DNA of 64,000 nucleotides from positions 124,001 through 188,000 of the forward strand of contig QPGO01000033.1 of the NCBI GenBank assembly GCA_008632985.1. Reading direction: 5' to 3'. Position numbers and translations under genes: made by a program. A model generated the notes under the pieces. It ran no database searches and was not told the origin of the DNA. It saw only the letters and a list, made by a program, of their open reading frames with translations. Shown piece by piece: positions 1-12,693 of the stretch. This DNA is from Psammoneis japonica. Its lineage: Eukaryota. Each line of letters starts with the position of its first letter. The stretch's first letter is position 1.

Positions 1-439
1 AAGCCGAAACCGCAAGCAAGAAAAAGCCTCCCACAAGTCCACTTTGATACAGGGCAAACGGCAAGGACAAGACACCCGCACCAAGCGTCGCAGAACACAA
101 ATTGGCAATGGAACCAAAGAATATACTCCATGGAGGCGAATCATCGTCTGGTTGTTTTGCTTTTGTTTTTTTCTCTCGTAGTTTCTGTAAATGTTGCTCA
201 ATCGCCGCCTCTACATGCTGTAAATCGGGTGCAACTTGTCCGAGACCCTTATTTTGTAGTGGAAGCTGCTCGGTTGTATTAAATGTGGCCGAATCGGATG
301 CCATTAAGGGAGAAAAAGACGCGTCGTGGTTGTCATGTACATGCGTTTCGTCGCCTTGCACTTCCGAAGAAGTACGTGTAGAATCAATGTGCGCTGCATC
401 TTCCTCCTCGGAAGCCGCGTTTGAACCTAGCTCGTGCAT
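1..439 (-). CDS. Amino-acid transporter, AAAP/SLC38-like (5' part; runs off window start)
   Basis: Manual translation from ATG at 439: MHELGS...IFFGSIANLCSATLGAGVLSLPFALYQSGLVGG, the TM1 motif of Aa_trans permeases. Absent from the ORF track because it is open at the window edge. Confidence 0.85.
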   Translation of the reverse strand, partial: MHELGSNAASEEEDAAHIDSTRTSSEVQGDETHVHDNHDASFSPLMASDSATFNTTEQLPLQNKGLGQVAPDLQHVEAAIEQHLQKLREKKTKAKQPDDDSPPWSIFFGSIANLCSATLGAGVLSLPFALYQSGLVGGFFLLAVSA

Positions 440-1172
440 ATTGTCTTTTACTACTTGAAAGCAACTGGAGTACAGTCAATTCGACTTGGGATGAGCTTTG
501 ATAACTCGCTCCGACAGCTTGGCACTTTGACTCTTGCGTTGCGGCGTTGGATGCAGACTACTTCTGCGCTCGTTCCGCGACAGAGAAATCAGATTCCGCG
601 TATCGTAGAATTGTTCGAGACCCAGTACCAGGCGATGATGGCGCCGATGATTGATTCCACCTCGAACCTTGCTCCCACTTTCAACTTGACTTCTGATAGT
701 AGACCTACATACTGTACTTCTAATAGAGACTAATAATAAGGGTCACTGCAGTCTCGTTCTTGAACAAGCAAGGCTGTAAAGGATCTAGCAAGTTCGCTAC
801 TAGAGTCTTTCTGTAGAGTTCAATTTTGATCCTCGAGAGATAACATTATCGCAATCGAAGCGCTTCTCAGCTCACCAAATGCTACCGCCTCTTGCGGTGC
901 GGAAGCTCTTTGCTTGAACGGCTCTACTCCTACGATATTATGCTCAGGTGCGACTTCATGGACGAAACAAATCCTCCCCAAAAGTGCAGTGTAAAATGCG
1001 CAAAAATCATATTCAAATCTGAATTGAGAATGCACCCTTAATGCCGGTAAAACGCCCCCCACCATGATTTCTAGTATTTGATAGCAACACTAAAATTCAG
1101 TCAACCTCCACAATTGTTGAAGATGTACCGACGAAACACCGCTCCCCATCCCGATTTCTTGACCTGTATCCA

Positions 1173-1394
1173 CTAACCACCTCCTTCATAGTTGTTGTAA
1201 ATGTAGTAGCAGAGATAAAATGCCCCTCCCAAAAATACTATAACAAACATGAATATACAGTAATCCAGCGTGTGACAAAGGCAGCACTTTAACGAGTATT
1301 TCGGACGCTCTGGATCGCCGTCGCCCTTCATCAAGACATGAGTGCCAGTTCCGTGATGATACTCGTACTCAACAGGCTCCAAAAACGAAGACAT
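1173..1394 (-). CDS. Small single-TM hypothetical protein
   Basis: 73-aa ORF with a hydrophobic stretch (YCIFMFVIVFLGGAFYLCYYIY); no recognisable family. Confidence 0.3.
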   Translation of the reverse strand: MSSFLEPVEYEYHHGTGTHVLMKGDGDPERPKYSLKCCLCHTLDYCIFMFVIVFLGGAFYLCYYIYNNYEGGG

Positions 1395-2089
1395 GCTCAA
1401 GGCCACGACTGATGGGAAAATCTAATGGCTTCGAGAAAAGTCAAAGAGGATAATACAACTCCGATCGGGTGTGGCGCTTTGTCGAAAGCTGCAGCTGATG
1501 GTTCTCGTATTTTCGGGTTTCTGTAGGTGGCTGCGCAATCTCCACTTTCAATTTCCGAATAGAAAACGGGGACACTACCATCCAGTATTTTTCCAGACTG
1601 TCACCTGAAGCTTTTGGCAATCGTCTTTGGGTCAGGAACTGGTCAGAGGAAAGGCAGAAGTGCAGCGGCTCTTGCTCTTGTCAGTAGTCGTTGGCATCCA
1701 TCGTGGATCCTGGGCTGTCGGCGGTCGGCGTTGCGTCGGCGTGAGCGTGAGCGTGAGGCGAAGTTGCGAGCTCCATCGCCGGACGGAGGACGGTCGAAAA
1801 ACTCAACGCTCGTGGGTCGCGCGAAAATTTGACTTGAGTCACGTTTACGTACTATAGCTATTGACAGCTACGTTGGTATGTTTATGTAGAAAAGACGTTT
1901 TAGTCGTAGGTCATTAATCGGTCGGAGTCTCACTCGAAGTGATCTTCGTAATCATCTTCGCCAACAACTTCGGAACAAAACGATAGATACCATCTGCTCG
2001 TTGCATTTGCAGAACAAAACTCTGGCAAAGTCCGCGGCAGTGCTCTACGACTAGAGAGCAACTACTGAACGTATCAATCGCCACAAACA

Positions 2090-3444
2090 ATGCGCACCAT
2101 GAAGCGGCAACGGCAATTATTCTTGACTACGGTGTATTGTCTCCTTGTTCACCCTGAACATTCTCATGCATTAGTTCCGACAGATGCTCTGGTTGATTTT
2201 TCTCTCGGTGCGGCGGTACGTTGAATCTTGCGCACGCAGTGATGGTAATGGCTGGCCATCAGAATACAATTTGTCCCTCTGTTCGAGCTTTCTAATTGTT
2301 TTCGTGTGTTTCTGTTAGGCTGGCGCGACCGGTGCTTTTGTTTCATACCCAGCTGATTATGTGACTTGTCAAATGCAAACCGAGACGGGGAAACGAAAAT
2401 ACAAGCATGGTTGGGACTGCTTTGTAAGAACAATTAGCGAAGATGGTCCACTCCAATTGTTTCGCGGTGTCTCTGTTCAAATGACGGGTACGGTGCCCGA
2501 GAAGGCTGTAAAACTCGGGGTCAATGACATGGCAAAGTGCTGGTTGAGTGGAGGCGGCATTCATGGACTCTCCTTACTTGATGAAATTCTAGCTGGGTCA
2601 ATCGCTGGAGTGTGCCAGGTAAGAGCTTCGACGAGAGCAAGTGCGTACATGCCAAATCGCTGATAAAACAAACTCTATCTCAATCCGTTATCTATCCGAC
2701 AGGTTGTCGCTACATGCCCCTTGGAAGTTCTCAAGGTGGGCCTGCAGACCAGTAACTGCACCATTGGTGATATTCTATCAGACATCGGGGGCTTACCTGG
2801 ATTGTTTCGGGGAGCTGAGGCATGCATCCTGAGAGATGTTATGCTCAGTGCCTCACTCTTTCCAATCTATACACATGCACACGCATTTCTGCCAGGTGAG
2901 TGACAAAAATTAGAATCTCTTCACCTCTACTGCGTTGCCTACTGTCTTCTTACTATGTTTCTGTTTGCACAAAACAGCTCTCATGGCCGGAGCGCTTGCA
3001 GGCATGGCTGCAGGCATCGTCGGTGCTCCAGGAGACTTTATCAAGACTCGTATCCTCGCTCGAGATCAAGACGACAATGACGACCACCGCCACTTCTCAT
3101 CCAAAGGCTACAGAAACCAAGAGCACTCATCAAGACGCTTACCTCAGCATGCATTTGTTTCGACCCATCCCACATTTCTGTTCGAGTACCGTAGCGATGA
3201 TAGTATACAAGGATTATTGGATGAGTTTGTGTATAAAAAGACTCCGGAAAAGAAACAAGAAACCAACCCTTTTGTGGTTGCCCGTGACATTATGGAGAAG
3301 GAAGGGTGGAGAGTTTTGTTTACTGGCGTTACCGAACGGTGTATCGCCTCTGTTCCTCGGTATGGAGTCACGCTCTCTCTTTACGACTTTCTCAAGGCGT
3401 TTGCACTCACTCATGGCTGGCTTGACGTGCCACCGGTGGTGTAA
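2090..3444 (+). CDS. SLC25 carrier, AGC1/citrin-like without EF-hands, with signal peptide (copy 1)
   Basis: Exons 2090-2215, 2319-2618, 2703-2895, 2978-3444 with GT-AG introns. Motifs YPADYVTCQ, PEKAVKL, PLEVLK, LRDV, PGDFIKTR, PRYGVTL. Hydrophobic leader ending SHA-LVP. Confidence 0.9.
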
Positions 3445-4053
3445 AAGAGAAGCGTACCAAGAAGCAACACAGACAACAGACAAGCTATTCCGGAAAACAC
3501 AGACTGCACCGAACAAAAAAGACATAGAAGAATTTTGTTGTAGAGACATTTAGAGACCAGATATGTAGTATTTTTGTATTCATACTTCGTCAGGTATCTC
3601 TTCGTGGAGTAGAGCGCATGTACCGGAAGATCTTTCAAGTTGACTCTATCGCCGATTATTTGAGCGACCTGCAGCTAACCGAGATGAAATAACGAACGAG
3701 GTAATGCTACTGCATCTCAGGTCCATACGGTACCATAGGATTGGCTTTTAGAGAACAGTGGCTCCTAATAATGGACAATAAGTCAGATAAACTCTACTCT
3801 TGCTACTAGTAGAGAGCTCTACTATTCCACTCTACCTATTCCTTCTAAACTTTCCCGACTAGCAACCTTCTCGTGATTGATAACCGTTATGCTAGACGTG
3901 GCAGAGCCCATCGGAATTGAGCTGACGTTGACTTCCACGCAGCTCTTCGTACTGATCCACGACAATCTACGTCGGATCTTTCACTCAGCTGTTCCTGCTT
4001 CGGAATTCTAATCGGCATTTTGCTCTTGGTTGAAGGAAGGTGCAGAGAGAAAA

Positions 4054-5301
4054 ATGGCGTTGCTGAAGAGGATAATAATACCCACATTGCTGCTATTGGG
4101 CAACACAAAATCGTATGTTTCCGCTTTTGCCTTTACAGAAGCTCTTGTTGATTTTTCGATTGGAGGTGTGGTACGTGTTGGCGGGAAAAGACGTTTTCTC
4201 ATACGTTCTGATCGCTGTTGCTTATGCCCCGCCGTTTTGCTATTTCTGCTGCAATAGGCCGGAGCCACAGGCGCGTTTGTGGCGTATCCGCTTGATTATG
4301 TAAAATGCCAGATGCAAAGTGAATCGGGTAAGGCCAAGTACAAGAACGGGCTCGATTGCTTTACTAAAGTCATAAGAGACGAAGACGGTCCGTTGCAGCT
4401 GTTTCGTGGAGTCGGTGTTCAAGTAGCAGGATTGCACCTGAAAAAAGCATAAAGTTGGGGGTCAATGATATTGTAAAGGGGGCGATCGCTACCCAGATGG
4501 GTGGTACCCTGCCATTATGGGGTGAAGTTGTCGCAGCGTCCATGTCGGGAGCTGGTCAGGTACGGATTTCATAGGCAGAAGGACTGCCTGGGGCTCCTTG
4601 ATTTCATCTCATTCTCTTTACATTACTTCTCTATAAAGGTTATTGTCACTAGTCCTTTGGAAGTGCTGAAGGTGGGATTGCAGACTAGTGATAAGTCTAT
4701 GGGTGAGCTCTTTCACGATATTGGTGGTGTCAAGGGTTGTTTCGTGGCGCAGAGGCTTGCATCCTGCGAGACGTGATATTCTCCGCGACGCTCTTTCCAA
4801 TCTATCTTCATTTGCAAGGAATATGCCCACGTAAGCTTGGTGTTTTGTTTTTCTTTCTCTCCACGAAAGTTACTCTCGAATCTAACAACAAGGCCCTACT
4901 GTTTCTCTTTTCCGTTCAGATTTTGTAGCTGGAGCTGTTGCTGGCGTTGTTGCTTCTTTTGTCGGTACACCGCCTGATTTCATAAAGACACGTATTCTTG
5001 CACAAGATCAAAGGAGCGTGAACCGGCTATTCCCGTACAAAAGCCTTTGCAGGCACAACCATTTGTTGTCGAGTACAAGAGCGAAGGCGCTAGTAATGGA
5101 ATGCTCTTAAAGTCAAGCAGTAACAACGGTTCCACAAACCCATTTGTGGTTGCGTATGAGATATCGAAACGAGAGGGTTGGCAAGTCATGTTTACGGGAG
5201 TTACAGAACGTTGTATCGGATCGATACCGAGGTTTGGTGTGACGTTATCCTTGTATGACTTACTCAAGGTTTACGCTGTTGGGCATGGTTGGATGTCATA
5301 G
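4054..5301 (+). CDS. SLC25 AGC-like carrier with signal peptide (copy 2; two apparent 1-bp deletions near 4430 and 4735)
   Basis: MALLKRIIIPTLLLL...VSA-FAF, YPLDYVKCQ, KYKNGLDCF, PLEVLK, PPDFIKTR, PRFGVTL; same three intron positions as copy 1. Confidence 0.88.
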
Positions 5302-5754
5302 TTTTGAATTGATGCTGCTACATTTTTCCCTCACAGAACTGCATTGAGATCGCCAAGAATCCTTATATGACTCCCTAAAGGTCCATGCTGTTTGTCATAG
5401 TTGGGTGTCATCGCTTTTGAATTGACGCTGCTACATTTCTTCGTTGAGCACAGCACATTAACTGAGAGCGCCAAAAACGACATTTGCACTAAATAATAGA
5501 GGCTCTCGATTTCTGCTGTCTGTATCACGTGTTTGTCTATCGAATCTTCTGGAAATTGAGTGTCTGATACTCTGTAATTCTTGACGTGCGGCAATTGTGG
5601 TTCTTACCGTTCACCACGAAGCAGGTGAAGCGTGAGCATTGCGGCTTTATGTCGCGTGTCTCGGAAAGAGGCGCAATGTACTTCGGGAGGTCGCCAGGAG
5701 AGCGAGAAATCACCGTATAGCCTGAAGCTGCGAAACGGTGTTTTCAGAAGAGCT

Positions 5755-7021
5755 TTAATGAACTGCGATCCAATGATGGGCAATGGCATAGGCCTTGAGA
5801 AAGTCGTACATGGAAAGCGTGACACCAAACCTCGGTATCGATGCAAAACACCGTTCTCCAACACCCGTAAACATCACTTCCCATCCTTCTTTTTTACAAT
5901 GTCATATCCACCACGATTGGATTTGTTGATATGGAGGAATAGAGGTTGTTTGACATTTGTTCAATAGTACCTCAGGCCCATGTTCGTGTTTGTACTGCAG
6001 TACAAACGGGCTGTTACCGCTCGTTGCGGAGCTTTGTCCAGCATCATTCTGTCAGGTGGCGCTGGAGAACCGTTTACAGCAAGGATTCGGGTTTTGATGA
6101 AGTCTGGTGGGGTACCAATAATAGCAGCTGCAACCCCTGCCATAGCCCCGGCGACAAATGCTGATGACAAAACGAAATCATGACACAGCAGAGGCATCGG
6201 GCTCACAATCAGTTCCACGACACATCATGACTTACGAGACCGAAAGTATCACTTACGAGGAAGACGTCGAGTCCATGATGATAGATGGGAAAGAGAATGG
6301 CAGAAAAGATAATGTCTCGAAAACGCAGGCTTCCGTTCCGCGAAAAGTCCCTTGATCCCTCCCATCTTCTCAAACAATTCTTCATCGAAAAGTCGCTCGT
6401 TTGTAGGGCTACTTTCATACTCTCCAAGGGGCTTGTAACAATGACCTATAGACAGGAACAGTGAGGATGGAGCAATGTTGGCTTCGAGTCTTGACGATAT
6501 CAACCAATATAACAATCGCCGACGCTACGAACCTGACAAATGCCCGCCAAGGAGGCTGCAACAAGTTCACCCCATAGTGGTAAGGCTCCGGTTTGAGTAA
6601 TGGTTGTTGTCTTGACAAGATCGTTTACTCCAAGCTTAATACTTTGTTCTGGAGTAATCCCCAACAGCTGCACACCGACCCCACGAAATAATTGAAGTGG
6701 TCCTTCCTCTGAGACTGTTCTAACAAAGCAGTCGAGTCCATTCTTATACTTTGCCTTGCCCGACTCGGTCTGCATTGACATTTTACATAATCGATTGGAT
6801 ACGCCACAAAGCGCCACACCCGCCAGCCTGTTGCGTAGAAGAAAGTAGTTAGATTCATTGAGATTCGTCATCACTTTTTCCTTCATTTTTTCTCGCAAAC
6901 ATACCGCAGCTCCGATTGAAAAATCCACAAGAGTATCTGAAACAGCGAAAGCTGAAGCAACCCCCAACGTGTGGCCTATAAAAAGGAATAAATACACTAT
7001 AATTCCATTGCGAGACGCCAT
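5755..7021 (-). CDS. SLC25 AGC-like carrier with ASAFA presequence (copy 3, inverted; several 1-bp deletions)
   Basis: MASRNGIIVYLFLFIGHTLGVASA-FAV, YPIDYVKCQ, PEQSIKL, PPDFIKTR; ends IPRFGVTLSMYDFLKAYAIAHHWIAVH* (stop at 5755-5757). Confidence 0.88.
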
Positions 7022-7534
7022 TGCCAATAGGTTCCTCCTTTTTAGCTAACGGCCCAAGTCGGCGACCAAAAGTGTCACAGGAGTGTCAACCTTTTTGTGA
7101 GGCAGAAAATGCAAAACGAGCAGTTTCGTAGGCGCCACGTGAAATCAGTATGACGTATCTCCTACGGTGCATCTCAGTATGCTTGCAAAGACGATCGGAA
7201 ACTGACGACAGAGCTAATTTTTCGCGACACCGATGGAAAGTAAGGATTTCTCACGCGACCGTCTGTCCCGTGTCTTGCAGGGCCGGCGCGCTTTGACACC
7301 GTGAGCGAAAGCGCGATGAGGTGAGTGAAACCCGCGACCATTCAACACATTCAACAAGAAACAGATGCCGACACAAGCAAAGTCACGCAAGCCTTACAAG
7401 TGACTCCTGATCGTATTGCATAACTCTCTTCTTTCATTTTTTGTTGGTTTGCTACAGTAGAGAGTAAATCTTCAAAAGTACAGCTCTAGAAGATCACCTT
7501 CTGGAATTTTCCTGACGACGTAAAACGATACACA

Positions 7535-8783
7535 ATGACGTCGCTTTACAAGTTAATTTTGACGTCTTTATTATTGCTGGGCAACATGCCAACATCTTTT
7601 GGATTGGCCAACGCTCTGGTTGATTTCTCTCTTGCGGCTGTCGTAAGTTCTTCGATCGAACTGGCATCGCCGTCTTTCTAAGCTTTCTCGATTGCTCACA
7701 AAATTTCTTTATGTGTTTTCTTTTCTCTGCGGAAAAAGGCCGGGAGCGCCGGAGCCTTTGTGTCTTATCCAATCGATTACGTCAAGTGCCAAATGCAAAC
7801 CGAATCAGGCAAGCAAAAGTACAAGAATGGCCTCGATTGCTTTGTCAGAACAGTCTCTGACGAAGGTCCTCTACAATTGTTCCGTGGTGTTGGCGTGCAA
7901 GTCGCAGGGGTCACACCGGAGCAAAGCATCAAGTTATCAGTGAATGATATCGTAAAGAGAGTCATCATGACTCAAATGGGAGTTTTGCATATGTGGGGAC
8001 AGCTTTTGGCGGCTTCTGCGGCTGGTATTTGTCAGGTGCGAGTGTGGTCGTGATATCTCTCTGTGCTGCTGAAAGTTGTGTTTCTCATTGTAACTTGCAT
8101 TCGTCTTCTCTGATCTTAGGTCGTAGTTACGTCTCCATTGGAAGTGCTCAAGGTTGGAATGCAAACCAGTGACAAGACTTTCAAGGAATTGTTGAAAGAC
8201 AGCGGTGTCAAGGGATTATTTCGTGGTGCAGAAGCATGTATACTTCGTGATATCGTGTTCTCCGTCGCGCTCTTTCCAATCTACCTTGTTTTACTCAAAG
8301 TTCTCCCTCGTAAGTCAATCTCTCTGACGAATTCAACGCACTGACTTTGTTCCGCTATCGTGGTTGATTCTTGATTTCCAACTTCTTCGATTTCCCGTAG
8401 CCTTTGTAGCTGGAGGCCTTGCGGGTGTTGTCGCCGCATTCTTTGCCACGCCACCCGATTTTATCAAGACTCGAATCATGACCGAGAATAAGGCCGCCAT
8501 GGACTCAATTGCAACGTCAGAATCATCCTCCGACATCCATAGGCGACCCTTTGTTGTGCAATACACAAGCAAACGGCGTGGTGGAGCATTGCTAGGCGAT
8601 TGTCAGAGAAAATCAACCAATCCATTCGTTGTAGGTCGACAAATTGCTAGAAGAGAGGGTTGGAAGGTCATGTTTACCGGCGTCTTTGAACGGTGCATTG
8701 GATCTATACCCAGGTTCGGTGTGACCTTGTCCTTGTACGACTTGTTAAAGAGATTGGCGATTGCTCATGGATGGATGGTCTAA
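7535..8783 (+). CDS. SLC25 AGC-like carrier with signal peptide (copy 4)
   Basis: MTSLYKLILTSLLLLGNMPTSFG-LAN, YPIDYVKCQ, PLEVLK, PPDFIKTR, PRFGVTL; three introns. Confidence 0.9.
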
Positions 8784-9150
8784 TCATTGTTGCTTCATCT
8801 CCAGTGTACTTGAACAAAAAGATGCTACTCTCTACTCATAGCTACAGAACATTGCAAATAACCGCTAACTAAGAGCATGCTAATGCCGAAGGGCTAGCCT
8901 AACTCAACAACAAACAACAACCGAGCGACGTCGGTAAGACTACCATTCGACAGAGATTTTGATTCATCCAATTATTATAAGCTTCAGTGTCGTATGTAAT
9001 TTATCTTCTAGTACCGAGCGCGATGATGTCACATTTTGAATTCTTCTCATTTTTTCGTTCCGCTTTGAACGAATCTTCCTTGCTTGAGCACAAGAACAAA
9101 TCGCCCTGATGGCGACGGCTGCAAAAATACATTGAAAAACAATAGGAAAC

Positions 9151-10386
9151 ATGATATCGCTCCTTCGAATGATTCTGCTGTGCTGATAGTGCTTGTCAAC
9201 ACGATATCATCGGTTTCAGGTTTGGCATTTACGGATGCAGTCGTTGATTTTTCAATCGGAGCAGTGGTATGATTTCCTTTGGCATGTGTGGTGCGCAGGA
9301 ATCATGAAGATGAGATCATGTCTAACAGTGGTTTGTGACGGTTTGATGAACAGGCAGGTAGTGCGGGGGCATTCGTGGCGTATCCAATCGACTATGTAAA
9401 GTGTCAAATGCAAACCGAAACAGGCAAGATTAAGTACAAGAACGGGTTTGACTGCTTCACCAGAACAGTAACAGAAGACGGTCCTATGCAACTATTTCGT
9501 GGAGTGGGTGTTCAAGTAGCCGGAATCGCACCAGAAAAGAGTATAAAGCTAGGCGTAAACGACATTGTAAAGCGCATTATTCTCAACAACATGGGGATTA
9601 TGCCTCTATGGGGCGAGCTACTTGCAGCTTCAATGTCCGGATTATGTCAGGTACGATTGTATCGGCAATGCCATTGTGTGAGAATGAACCCGGCCGACCT
9701 TCTCTTCTCATTTCCTTTTCACAGGTTATAGTTACGAGTCCGTTAGAAATTCTCAAAGTATCTTTGCAGACAAGTGACAAGACGTTCAAGGAACTTATGG
9801 CGGACATTGGTGGTGTCAAAGGATTGTATGTTGGAGCTGAAGCCTGCATCCTCCGAGATGTCCTCTTTTCTGTTGCGCTCTTTCCCCTCTATCATCACCT
9901 GCAGAGGTTCGTTTCCCGTGAGTTCCGTTCTGTCGCGTTTACGCAACGAGCTTTGCAAATATTTCAACCCACTGACTAACTCTGCATGAAATGTGACACT
10001 CTGTCAAAACCATAGCGTTCGTCGCTGGCTCGGTTGCTGGTAGTGTTGCCGCATTCGTTGCCACGCCTCCTGACTTCATCAAAACTCGGTTAATGACTCA
10101 AGACACATCATCCATGGACGGCGAAGGCGAAAGATCCCAATTCAAAGCAGAACAAGGCGGCATTGTTGTAGATCAAAGTGGCACAGTGTCCGTGAGACGA
10201 GAAGCCAAAATATCATCATCAAAATCAAGCAATCCATTTGTTGCCGCCAAGGAAATTGCGAGACAGGAAGGATGGCAGGTGATGTTTACAGGGGTCGTAG
10301 AACGGTGTATTGGGTCGATACCCAGATTCGGTGTGACCTTGTCTCTGTACGATTTTTTGAAAGCCTTGATTGTGGCCCGTGGGTAA
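9151..10386 (+). CDS. SLC25 AGC-like carrier with signal peptide (copy 5; apparent 1-bp deletion near 9173)
   Basis: MISLLRMI/SAVLIVLVNTISSVSG-LAF, YPIDYVKCQ, PEKSIKL, PLEILK, PPDFIKTR, PRFGVTL. Confidence 0.88.
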
Positions 10387-10495
10387 GATACATGATCCTT
10401 TTCATATGCACAGAATCAAGACGATCCTAGGGTAGACTGGTGAAAGCAAAAATTGTTTACGGATTCATCAGGGTCTGATCAAGTCAGTAAAAACA

Positions 10496-11389
10496 TTAGA
10501 GCGGATCCAAATCAGCTAGAATTCTGTAGATCTCGTCATCGGAAAGAGGAGGTCCCGCAGGTCCCGCCTCGACTGCTATCGATTCTTCATCGACACCCAT
10601 TATGCTTTCGCCTTTAATTGCCTTTTCGCCTTGCTCGTCGTACCATTCAATCACTTCTACAGGATCGACGCGGTTGCCCTCCTTGTCTCGCGGATGAGGA
10701 GGATTCAACCAATACCACCCTGGAGTAGCTACATCATCCAGATACATGCCGTAAAATCCATCTTCCACCACAGCATCTGCCAAGGCGTCGCTGTAATCAA
10801 ACGAAATTACTCTCATTCCAGCCATTCGCGCAGCGTGACTCACATGCTCCGAACGAGTTTCTTCCGTGTCTTTGCAAAACACAACAACGTGTTGGGGCAA
10901 TGGGTTTCGTTTGAACTGATCAGCCTGCTTTCGTCCAAAACCAGAAGAACCACCGAATCCACGCGGTTGAATTTCGACTGAATGAATCGCTTCCCAAAGA
11001 TAACGAGGATTGGGTGGTTTGGATGTTTTGTCGGCCGTATTATACACAACAAGGTCTTGCATACCGTTTGGTAGATCTGCTGTATTCTCCATGTCGGCAA
11101 TCAAAATAGCAGCTGTCTCGACTTGACGACATTCCTCCAACAACTGTAGTACTCCATCCTGAGGTGTGCCGTCCTCCTGAAACATTATTTCCTTTCCATA
11201 AAACAAAAGTGCTTCTGGCAAATCAATGTTTCGAACCATGGGACGTTGAGTCGTCTTGCTGCGAGTCCGGCTCGAAACTGTAGCTGTCCGCATCACAAAC
11301 CCAAAAACTGCCGTGTGAAAGCAGCTCATTGTGAGCAACAAGGCAACATGGAAAGCGGGGGAGTAGCGGCGGCGGTCTCTGAGCGTCAT
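10496..11389 (-). CDS. Probable plastid-targeted HAD-like hypothetical protein
   Basis: 297-aa ORF; signal peptide (AVFG-F) plus S/T/R-rich transit; KPPNP and AARMAGMRVI resemble HAD motifs. Confidence 0.65.
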   Translation of the reverse strand: MTLRDRRRYSPAFHVALLLTMSCFHTAVFGFVMRTATVSSRTRSKTTQRPMVRNIDLPEALLFYGKEIMFQEDGTPQDGVLQLLEECRQVETAAILIADMENTADLPNGMQDLVVYNTADKTSKPPNPRYLWEAIHSVEIQPRGFGGSSGFGRKQADQFKRNPLPQHVVVFCKDTEETRSEHVSHAARMAGMRVISFDYSDALADAVVEDGFYGMYLDDVATPGWYWLNPPHPRDKEGNRVDPVEVIEWYDEQGEKAIKGESIMGVDEESIAVEAGPAGPPLSDDEIYRILADLDPL

Positions 11390-11600
11390 GGTAGGCAGGG
11401 CCCTACCGATATTCGTTTATTCGTTGTCGTGAAATTAAAAAAAATGAGTGAATTAAAAAGTACGACCACCTAAAACTATTAAAAAAGAATATTGCCCTGA
11501 TGACGTCGACAGTGACGTGGTGAGATTAGTGGAGGGAGTTTTTGGGTGTTTCAAAAATCCTTCGCCATTATGAAGCTACAGTAATACAACTCTTGGCAAG

Positions 11601-12545
11601 ATGAGGTTCTTTCTATCTCATTTTGTGCTGTGCATGTCGATAAGTAGTGTCCTTAGTCTTGTACCAACACAGGCTTTTCAACCTATAGTCACTACCCGGA
11701 ATTCGCCATTGGCATTTCAGCAGATTCAGAAAAGTCGTTTCACTCGAGAGTTGTCACTGGCATCTCAAGATGAAAAGTACAGCACACAAGTTCGATTACG
11801 AGAAGAAGCCGAGAGTCCTTTTCGCAAGGTTCGGTTCTTTCTCTACATTACTATTGCTGGCGCTGCCATGACATCCCTTTTGATTTCCGTGGCACGTGTT
11901 GCGGCTGGCTTGGGTGGCATCAACACAGATTTAATGACGGAATCCATGGTCAATGCCGGCGTCGACACAGCGGGTCTCGTGGTTATTTACTCCTTGTGGC
12001 AACGCGACGCCAAGGCGGAAGAATCCAGATTAAAACGTGCAACCAAGGGTGCACAATTGGCAAAACTCAACATTCGAGGATCCACCAATATCTTGGGCAG
12101 CAATGATGCTAGTGGCGCGACCACGACGGTTCGTTCCCTTTCCGATTTACGCCGTGGTCGTGGTATAGAGAAGCGAGTTGTGATTTGTATAGGTGGAGAA
12201 TCGAGAATTAATGATGTTCTGGAGGATTCTGAGAATTTGAAATATTCACTCGAGATGAATGATCTCGTTATTGTGCCGGTTTTGCTCCCTCGCGGCGACC
12301 CACCGTCTCTTAACGACATGCCAGACTGTGTAGCCTTGCCGGTGGGCGCCGGTTGGCAAAATTTAGTGAATGATGAAGCCGAGGAAGCGCAGCAGCAGGG
12401 GGTAGATGTATCCGAAGAGGGGATTTCTGTCGTTTTGAAAAAGAATGGACGGGTAGGGCAGAGAACGCGCGGTATCTTTTTGGGACGAATGGTGGGCGAA
12501 GTCGAAGAAAGGCGCGAGGCGGGAATGGATGTATCCAACATTTAG
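11601..12545 (+). CDS. LPA1: LPA1-like PSII assembly factor (DUF3493 type), plastid-targeted
   Basis: LREEAESPFRKVRFFLY followed by two TM helices; C-terminal LKKNGRV; bipartite presequence. Confidence 0.75.
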   Translation: MRFFLSHFVLCMSISSVLSLVPTQAFQPIVTTRNSPLAFQQIQKSRFTRELSLASQDEKYSTQVRLREEAESPFRKVRFFLYITIAGAAMTSLLISVARVAAGLGGINTDLMTESMVNAGVDTAGLVVIYSLWQRDAKAEESRLKRATKGAQLAKLNIRGSTNILGSNDASGATTTVRSLSDLRRGRGIEKRVVICIGGESRINDVLEDSENLKYSLEMNDLVIVPVLLPRGDPPSLNDMPDCVALPVGAGWQNLVNDEAEEAQQQGVDVSEEGISVVLKKNGRVGQRTRGIFLGRMVGEVEERREAGMDVSNI

Positions 12546-12693
12546 TCCGTGGAAAGAGAATTTCCTTACTGAGCCATTATGGAGTTGTCTCTGCCTTCCA
12601 GACGGGTCCTATGCGTCGTGTATGCAACTGTTTGCGGCTGTTCAAAAAGAGGAATCAATTCTCGCCAGCGTACAAAATCGAATCATTTGTTGT

